From Octopus vulgaris (taxonomy: Eukaryota), in the NCBI GenBank assembly GCA_951406725.2, contig OX597819.1, positions 71,486,001 to 71,550,000 of the forward strand: 64,000 nt of DNA, read 5' to 3'. The translations under genes and the position numbers were made by a program. Shown in pieces: positions 54,181-64,000 of the stretch (its first letter is position 1; the number at the start of each line of letters is the position of its first letter). The notes beneath the pieces were generated by a model that made no database searches, was not told where the DNA came from, and saw only the letters and a list, made by a program, of their open reading frames with translations.

Positions 54181-55549
54181 CATACATACATACATACAAA
54201 ATACATGCATATTTATATATACGTACATATACATACACACACACTCTCATACATATATATATGTATATATACAATATATATGCATATTTGTGTGTGTGTA
54301 TTTTTGCATGTATATATGGCGTACAATTTGGCTTGAAAATTGCAGCACCATATTGTATATTATAAAAATAAGGTAAACCAAAAATAGTCATGCCATCTTA
54401 TGTCTATTTTCGGCTAAATTCACACAACGACTATGCTTTCCAAAAACAATGAAATAATGCCTTCATACATACATACATACATACATACATACATACATAC
54501 ATACATACATACATACATACATACATACATACATACATACATACATTCACATTACTGAAAACAACGTAGAGCGCTTACATACACAGCACAGAACCTTTCT
54601 TGCAAAAGGACTTGTGTTACGCTCTCCTTTTATATAATTAATTATTTTTAATTCAAAACCTTTGTTTCAATGTGACGACGGCATCATGAATTTTTCCTAA
54701 GATCCTTTTTATATACTTTGCCTTTCATCCTTTCGGAATCGATAAAATAGGTACCAGTTGAATAATGGTGTCGATGTAATCAAAGACCCCCACATCCCAC
54801 CAAAATTTCCGGCTTTGTGCGTTTAGTAGAAAAGCTCATTGCAAGTTATGTGACTTGATGCAGGCACAAACTTGCCTATTCCGTCTCCATTTACACGGAT
54901 ATCCCAATAAGCATTCGGAGGAGTTGTGCTTGGCTTGAGTTGAAAATCTTGCAATGTACATTGATTCAAAGTAAAACGCGAGATTAATACACACACACGT
55001 ATGTATGTATCTATCTGTGAATGTGTATATGTGTATAGGTATATTTTTATAGGTATATGTGTGTGAGCGTTTGTTTCTTGTGTTGAGACCACTTATATTT
55101 CTCGTTCGCAACACCTTATTTAAGCTTTTTTCCTTTCAGCATTCTGACAGCACTTATTTCTCTTCGTGTCATTACGATCTTTCACTGCCATTTCTAGAAG
55201 AATTCAAGACATTCATTTGCTTGGAATATGCCACATAAGATTCTAAAGACCAAATAATAAAAGAAAATGAAAACAAAAAACAGAAAAAATCTCCACGAAT
55301 GAACCTGATTGTAAGTGTTTCAAATTATGTTAGGTAATTATGATATTACCAAAAAAAAAAAAAAAATTTCAAATTTAATTTCGGTAGTTTTCTGCAAGCA
55401 AGGATAATCATTCTGAATCAAATTAGGTGTGGGGTATTATAGGTGGAATAAAAAAGGAAGCAGAGGTTGGTGCAAGGCAGCTTTCAGGGAATGATTCACT
55501 AAAAATGAAATAATAGCAGATGAAAACGTTTTAGTAAAAACTGACAATC

Positions 55550-56062
55550 TTTAACCTTTTCTGTTGAAACATACCACCTTTATTTCAATTAATTTTGAAA
55601 ATGATGAAGAATTTAGTAAATTAATTTAGTTTTCATTAATCTGGTGTTTGGAACATTAATTAACATGAAATTTTAATGGAAGGTTTTAACTCAGATCACT
55701 TTAACCCTTTTGTTACCATACTTTCGCTGAAGCATACCACCTTTATTCAAATTAATTTTGAAGATGATGAAAAATTTAGTAAATTAATTTGGTCTTTATT
55801 AATCTGGTGTTTGAAACATTAATTAACACGAAATTTTGATTAGTGATTTTCAATTTAGATCACTTTAACCTATTTGTTACAATATTGCTATTGAAATATC
55901 CCACCGTTGTATTAATTACTTTTGAAAATAACGAAGAATTTGGTAAACCAACTGTCATTATTAAGGTGGTGTTTGGAAGGGAGATTTTAATTTCTATCAC
56001 TTTTGGTTCTATTATGAAAGAACCAAAGGCGGTTTCAGGCACGTTGGTATTAGAACGATTAA
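55550..56062 (+). repeat. Three diverged tandem ~160-bp units, probably from a TTAA-type MITE
   Basis: Each unit starts CTTTAACC and shares TTTTGAAAATGATGAAGAATTTAGTAAA, TGGTGTTTG and ATCACTTT. Confidence 0.8.
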
Positions 56063-56384
56063 ACTGTTATGAAAAAACGACAATTTCGTTGCTCACCCGC
56101 AAACGTGGAATTTATGACGGGTGTTAGGAATTTAGAAATCCTTGATGCAACACCGATAACAACAACAGCAATAGCGACATCAATATCGATGTCTATGAAA
56201 CCGTTGTTAAGAGCTCACTCGATTTGCTAGGAACAGTAGATAATTCGCTTAATAATTTAGATCATACATCACAAACTGTCTTCTTACATTTACATATACA
56301 TACATACACTTATATATGTATATATATGTATATAATGCTATAATTATATGTATATGCATGTGTGTATGTATATATGTATATATG

Positions 56385-56438
<54 letters not shown>

Positions 56439-56474
56439 CATACATACACTTACATACATACAGTATATACATAC

Positions 56475-56527
<53 letters not shown>

Positions 56528-56575
56528 CATACGTACATACCTACGTACATACATATATGTATAGACATGTATATG

Positions 56576-56609
<34 letters not shown>

Positions 56610-56879
56610 TGTATGTATGTATGTATGTATGCATGTATGTATGTATGTATGTTTGTATGTTTGTATGTAATTATGTATATGGTGTGTGTGGTATAAGAGA
56701 GGTTACGCGAGTTAGAGGTACAAAATGTTTATGGAATAATGTCATGGTCACTTCTGGAACGTCTGCTCTATGGCTGCCCAACAACATCATCAAGAACGCT
56801 TGCATTGTCAGAAGCTATAATATTTATGGAAGAAGATATTGAGGAGATAGGCGGTTCACCTGACACCTATTATATTACT

Positions 56880-56925
<46 letters not shown>

Positions 56926-57811
56926 AAGAACCTGGGAAATCTTGACCTCAGACGGTCGTGAGAAAAGGCCCATTACTGAAAAGTACTTGCTGTGGTCCCT
57001 TTTCTGCATGCCAACATATCACTTTAATGACAACATCAACAACGATTACGATACAAGAAGCACATTATGTCCACGTCTAATGACCGCTGGGTAGGGGTGA
57101 AGCAACGTTATATCCGAGTGTAGTTTGAACTTCAATCCTTGAGAGAACGAACTATATTATATTCGACAAAGAATTTAATCCCAAGTAATATCGCGTCTGT
57201 CTCTTGCATCATAGTAGTAAAAAGAACAACGACGACGATGACGTCTATTGACCCCTGGGAGGGTGACATTCAACGTCATTTCCTAGTACGATTTGAACCC
57301 TAATCACAGAGAGAACGAATTATATTTAACAAAAAATTTAAACCGGTGCTCTACGGAGTTTGCTACACTATCATCTTAATAATAACGATAACACAACAAT
57401 AATGTCCGAGGTCGAGGATAAAGTAACATCTATTGAATAACCCCGATGATATTACTGCTATTTACTTAATCGATTCTAGCATTCTGAAAGGTAGAGAACA
57501 AGCACCAACCTGTAGATTGCGAGAAGATTTTTCAACCGAGGACGCAAGAACGACGTAAAATTAACTGCGCAACATTACGATTTTCTACTGAAATCAGGGT
57601 AAATAGTCACCCATGTCACGTTTCCCAAGATATTACTGGTATCTACTTGATGGAGAGAGTTAGGATTAAGACTGACGTCGAATACCCATCATAACAACAA
57701 AGTCAATTATCAAGACAATTGAATAGAGAAGAAAATATAACAATGTATGATGATAATAATAATAATAATTACCATCATCATCGTTATCATCATCATCATT
57801 ACTATTATTAA

Positions 57812-58415
57812 AGCAGGGAGCTGGCAGAATCGTTAGTGCGTCGGATAAAATGCTTAGCGGCATTTCTTCCGGCTTTACGTTCTGAGTTCAAATTTCGCCG
57901 ACTTCGACTTAGCTTATCATCCTTTCGGAGTCGATGAAATATGATGCCCGTTCAGCTCTGGGATTGATGCAATCAACTAACCCCTGTTCCCTAACATTTC
58001 AAGCTTTGTTCATAGAGTAGAAGGGAATATTGCTATTACTAAGGCAACGTGTTCGAGGAATTGTTTGTGCGTCGAACAAGAATGTTTAGCGACATTTCTT
58101 TCAGCTTTATATTTTAAGTTCAAATTCCACCGGTGTTGTCTATACATTTCATCCTTTCAGGATGGATAAATTAAGTACCAGTCACTGTAATCAATTAACT
58201 CTTCTGAAAGAATTATTATTAAAGCGAGCAGGCAGTATTATGAGCATGTGGGACAAAATGCGTACAAGCATTCTGCGTTCAAATTCCGCCGAGGTTGACT
58301 TTATTTTTTATCTTTTTGGTGGGAGCGATAAAATAATTACAAGTTGAGCACAGAGGTCGTTGTAATCGACTACCACCCACCTCTCGTCACTGCTGGCTTT
58401 GTGCCAAAATTAGAC
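57812..58415 (+). mobile_element. Cluster of ~3 SINE family A copies
   Basis: Repeated GTTCAAATTCCGCCG..TCATCCTTTC blocks. Confidence 0.8.
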
Positions 58416-58746
58416 GTTATTATTATCATTATTATTATCATTACTATTATTATTATTATTGTTGTTGTTGTTGTTGTTGTTTTAATGTTTCATCGATGTT
58501 ATCCGTGGATAAATCCGTCTCCTCCTGTCTAACATCCCAAATCAACTGTCATCTGTCGAACAGCACAAAACGTGCACCTGCTGAGCAGACATTCAGTCAG
58601 ACAGCTAACCAAACTGACTGATGACAGATAATTGGTTAAAGAACAACATAATGTGTATTTTCTTCTGCCTTCTCTCTTTCTTCCTGTCTGACTGCCTGCC
58701 TGTCCGTCCGACCGTCTGTCTCTATGTGTCTCTCACACGTTTTCTC

Positions 58747-58808
<62 letters not shown>

Positions 58809-59028
58809 AATGTATATATATATATACCAAGCATGCAACTAGCAAAGTGGTTTATGTGTGTATATACACACATACACACAGACACATATGCAAGTGTTTG
58901 TTCTCTGTAAATATACGCAACTTGTTTGCGTAAGTCTTTCCACTGTGTAGATATCTATCTTGCATATTTGCAAGTAGCTGCTCTGCGTATACATATATAT
59001 ATATGAATGTACGTGTATATATACATAC

Positions 59029-59129
<101 letters not shown>

Positions 59130-59737
59130 TGTATGCATGTATGTATGTGTGTATGTGTGTATGTGTGTATGAATGTATGTGTGTATGTGTGTATGTATCA
59201 TGCAGTAAACGTATATAGCCAAGTGTTTTCCTTGTGTATATACCTAGCTTGTCTATGGCAAATATTTTCTCTCTGTATTCTCCCCTTTAAGTGTCTCTGG
59301 TGCATGGCTAATCTTACTATGTACGATCTGTCTCTTGTATGTAAATACATATATACACACGTATACAAAAATGTACATACATAAGTATATGCGTGTGCGT
59401 ACGAGTGGGTATATATATACCTATACATATAACACAAAAAATACTTATATCACACATGCACACACACACATACTCACGCACACACATACGCATAAATGCT
59501 TATACGTGCATATATGTGTGTATGTCTGTGTGTACATATATACACAAATACATCCGTACAAATTACAAATATACGTACACACAGACGTACGTTATATTTT
59601 TTCACCCTCTCTCTTTTTTTATTCTTTGTGTGATGTCTCTCGCTCTCACACGCCCCTCTTCTACGTCTCTTCTCTTTTCGTATGTACGTATACGCATCCA
59701 TACACACATATATATGTGTGTGTCTGTGTGTGTATAC

Positions 59738-59803
<66 letters not shown>

Positions 59804-60049
59804 GTATATATGTATATGTATATATACACACACAAATATATGTGCACACATAAATATATATACATGAATATGTGTGTGTGTCGTGGTACTTGTAAACATT
59901 GAAGCAAATATATATAGGAAATAAATAAATAAAACAAATATAAAAAGTATATAAAACATATACATATATACACACATATATTTATATATATAGAGAGAAA
60001 GACTGACCTTTCCGAAGACACTGTCAACTCCAATAAAGAGGAGACAGAT

Positions 60050-60092
60050 AACGAAAACCGCTTTCGTCCACATCCTGGGGCTCATCAGCGCT
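60050..60092 (-). ncRNA. Hammerhead motif, partly degenerate
   Basis: AGCG-CTGATGA-GCCC..GGAC-GAAA-G-CGGT-TTT-CGTT. Confidence 0.45.
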
Positions 60093-60429
60093 GGCACGTG
60101 TCTTGTGTGAGGAAGACTCTTGTTGCAAGCGATGATAACGCCTGTTACCACTCGAGATGAGAGAATATACCACAAGACGGTTCTATTTACCCACGGTTGT
60201 ATATATACGCACACCAAATTATATAGCTAGATATATATATTTACATGTATATATATATATATATCTGTATGTCTATATCTAATGATGTATACAATCTATT
60301 TGTTGCTATACATCAACTACACGACGCACACACACACGAGATGTGTTTCTAGATTTGTCTAATCAGCTTCCCTTTAACGCTGTTCCGTAGTGGACAACTG
60401 GTAAAGAGAACGGTACAACCAGAAATGAG

Positions 60430-60617
60430 AACAGCACAAGCAGCAGCAGAAGCCGCAGCGGTAGCAGCAGCAGCAGCAGCAGCAGTGGCAGAGAGTAACG
60501 GCAGCAACTGCAGCAACAGTGACAAGGGTAACAGCAGCAGCAGCAGCAGCAGCAGTAGTAGCAACAACCAGAGTACCAGCTCTAATGTTGTTGCTATTGG
60601 TACTATTACTATTATGC

Positions 60618-60678
<61 letters not shown>

Positions 60679-60784
60679 AACATGAAAATGTTTGTCACTG
60701 TTTATTGAGCTTAAATGCTTTATTTTTTTTTATTAATATCGACAATAAAATATAATATAATTAGTAAAAGATACTCCAAGAGAC

Positions 60785-60818
<34 letters not shown>

Positions 60819-60871
60819 TTCAACATTGTTATCGTTATCCTCTTCACCCTCCTCTTCATCCTCATCGTCTT

Positions 60872-60912
<41 letters not shown>

Positions 60913-61130
60913 TATCGCCATCAATCTTATTTTATTTTAGCAGTAGTAGTGGTGGTGGTGGTGCTGGGGAGGGTGAGGGTGAGGGTGGTTGTCGTCGCTA
61001 TCGTCGTCGTCGTAGTAGTAGTAATAGATGTTGTTGTAGTAACAGCAACAGCAGCAGCAACAACAGAACCAACAACAACAACAACAACAACAACAACAGC
61101 AGCAGCAGTGACTGCAGCAAGGCAACAGTA
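60430..61130. repeat. Compound trinucleotide repeat region (CAG/TTA/CAT/CAA)
   Basis: Read directly from the sequence. Confidence 0.9.
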
Positions 61131-61747
61131 AAAATCAGCAGAGTAAGTCTGCGGGAGGATATTACGACACACACGCGCAAACTCACACACATACACACAC
61201 ACACACACACTTACACACGCTTACACACACACACACACACATACGCTTACACAAACACGCACACAAACACATAAACACATACACTTGCAAACACACACAC
61301 GCACACACACACACACAAGCATACATGAAAATAGTTGTCTCATTGCAAATATCTATTTATTTCTCTCTATCTACACGCCAACCCCACCCTGCGCGCGCGT
61401 GTGTGTGCATGTTTGTGAAAAACAGATTTATCTGCCCCTGAGTATAAATAAAGATACACTTATTTATTTATTTATTTATTGAATATATTTATTTATTTAT
61501 TTCATTACCTATTGTCTTTTTTTTGCATCGAATGCGTCTTGTCAGTACGAATGAGTTTATGCGAACGTGCCTATACACACACACACACACATGCATACAT
61601 ACAAGCATACACATATATATACACACACATGCACACACAGGCGCAAACATACATACACACATACACATCCATACACGCATACACACACATACACACACTC
61701 AAACACACACACACACATACACACATACACACCCATACACGCATACA

Positions 61748-61778
<31 letters not shown>

Positions 61779-62441
61779 GCATACACACACATACACATCC
61801 ATACACGCATACACACACACAAACATACACACACACGCATACACACACATACACACCCATACACGCATACACACACATACACACACACACAGGCACGCTC
61901 ACAAACACACATATATATATATATATGCACACATATATGTAATGTTTTACACATGCACACACATATATACTTATTGTTAAACAAGAGTATTATTGACAGG
62001 GAGTTCGAAGTTTCGGCCATCGTCGGACTTCCATGCATTAAAGCTAATCTCACATTTGTATAATCCCTGTTGAGTTAAATCTTCACTGGGTGTGTGGGTT
62101 TTGGTGTAGGGATAATAAGGTTTAAGGATGGATACTTCGAAGTCACTGTTAACAGTATTCTTGTTTAAGAATCATTAATTTGTACCCTACAAAACTATAG
62201 AGTAACCCACAACGTTAATATAAGACTGCTTTTTACTGCAAGCGAACGTAAAGGTAAACATGTGACAATCGATGGTGTGGCGTTTACGTCCCCGTAACTT
62301 AGCGGTTCGGCAAAAAAAACCGATAGAATAAGTACTAGGCTTGGAAAGAATAAGTTCTGCGGTCGATTTGTTCGACTAAAGGCGGTGCCCCAACATGGCC
62401 GCTGTCTAATGACTGAAAGAAGTAAAGAAAGGAATAAAGGA

Positions 62442-62551
<110 letters not shown>

Positions 62552-62878
62552 GTGTATGTGTGTGTGTGTGTATATAAACGCTTACATGTAGACGTATGTA
62601 TGCGTTTGTGTATTTCTATATAAATGTATACGCACGCACACACGTATATATGGGAGAGTGTGTTTGTGTGTATGCAATTATTTTCCTGTGCGCTCACTGT
62701 CAGATAGAGGCAACAGCTTGCCTTGTCTCTTAACAACATTTTCCACTATTTATTTTCGGCGGCTGCTACAATGGGAAGCATCTGAACACTTCCTCAATTG
62801 ATGCGATATCGGAGACAGGGACACACGCACAAACTGGATAATACTGGAGCAGCGCAACATATACTCACACACTCCGTG

Positions 62879-62936
<58 letters not shown>

Positions 62937-63334
62937 TCACACAGTCAGTGACACACATATGCACCCGCACTGACAATTCATACACACACACACACACACA
63001 GAGTCACAGAGTCACAGAGTCACATAGATTCATTTAATCACGAAATTTAGACTCACCCCCACCACAGATGTACATATACGCCATCACAGAATGCCTATGT
63101 GCACAAAGTCAGGGACACATGTATACACAGTCACGTAGAATGCACATATACACACAGAAGGCCACGCATATACTCAGTCACATAGAATACATATGTACAT
63201 ACAGTGAGGGAGATTTTAATGCACAATAACGTGGAACGTGCATATACACACATTCAATGAGATAGTGATTCGCATAGAATGCATATATAAACACACAGTC
63301 AGGAGTATTTTAATATATAATCGCATGAAGGTGG

Positions 63335-63478
63335 CGGGTTCAAATTCCGCCGAGATCGACTTTGCCTTTCATCCTTTCGGGGTCGATAAATTAAGTATCA
63401 GTTGTGTACTGGATCGATCTAATCGACTGGCCCCTTTCCCCAAGATTTCGGGCCTTGTGCCCAGAGTAGAAAAGAATA
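63335..63478 (+). mobile_element. 5'-truncated SINE family A inside a minisatellite
   Basis: GGTTCAAATTCCGCCGAGATCGACTTTGCCTTTCATCC..., flanked by AATATATAATCRCATG. Confidence 0.85.
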
Positions 63479-63644
63479 TATAATCACATGGAATGTATAT
63501 ACACGCACACACATACAGTGAGGGAGATTTTAATATATAATTGCGTAGAATGTTAACACGGAACTAGCAGGTCTAACGCATTGAACCTTCCGATTGCAAA
63601 CAGTTTTAGTGGGTTGCAAGCACGCAGGAACATATATTGGATGG

Positions 63645-63683
<39 letters not shown>

Positions 63684-64000
63684 ATATTTTTCTGTTCTCC
63701 CCCTCTCTCTCTCTTTCATTTCCTCTGTCACACGCTCACACGCTAACTATAGAGACACACACACATATTCATAGAGTGTCGAGTAGACAGATCTACAGTA
63801 ATCATTTTGCCTCTTTACGTTGTGGGTTCAAATCCCGCTGAGGTCAAAGTTTGCCTTTCATTTTATCGGAGTTCACAAATAAAAGTACCAGTCATGTGGT
63901 GGAGTCCAATTCTTTCTCTCTCTCTTCTTTTCTCTTTCTCTTTCTCCCTCTGCCTCTGTCCATCCCTTTCTTTTTCTCTCTCCCCCTCACTCTCTCCATC

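Overview
This is AT-rich, microsatellite-saturated animal genomic DNA. The SINE families present point to an octopus/coleoid cephalopod (recognised from memory, not from a search). The window is mostly intergenic or intronic, and almost all ORFs in the track are translated simple repeats. Content I can support: (1) a nearly full-length CR1-group LINE on the minus strand (~28.7-32.6 kb), with an ORF1 carrying two CCCH zinc fingers and an APE+RT ORF2 broken only by short slippage-type insertions; (2) R4/Dong-type and CR1 LINE remnants; (3) a fold-back mariner derivative and several MITEs; (4) dozens of copies of three tRNA-derived SINE families; (5) weak candidate host exons near the left end. 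The most interesting signal is a set of minimal type-I hammerhead ribozyme (HHR) motifs of the Penelope-pLTR/retrozyme kind, carried by at least five unrelated short non-coding elements. They include a tRNA-headed SINE with an HHR in its tail (3 copies), an A6U core variant, and a motif with the compensatory G3-C8 core swap. All structures were read by eye and no cleavage activity is demonstrated.
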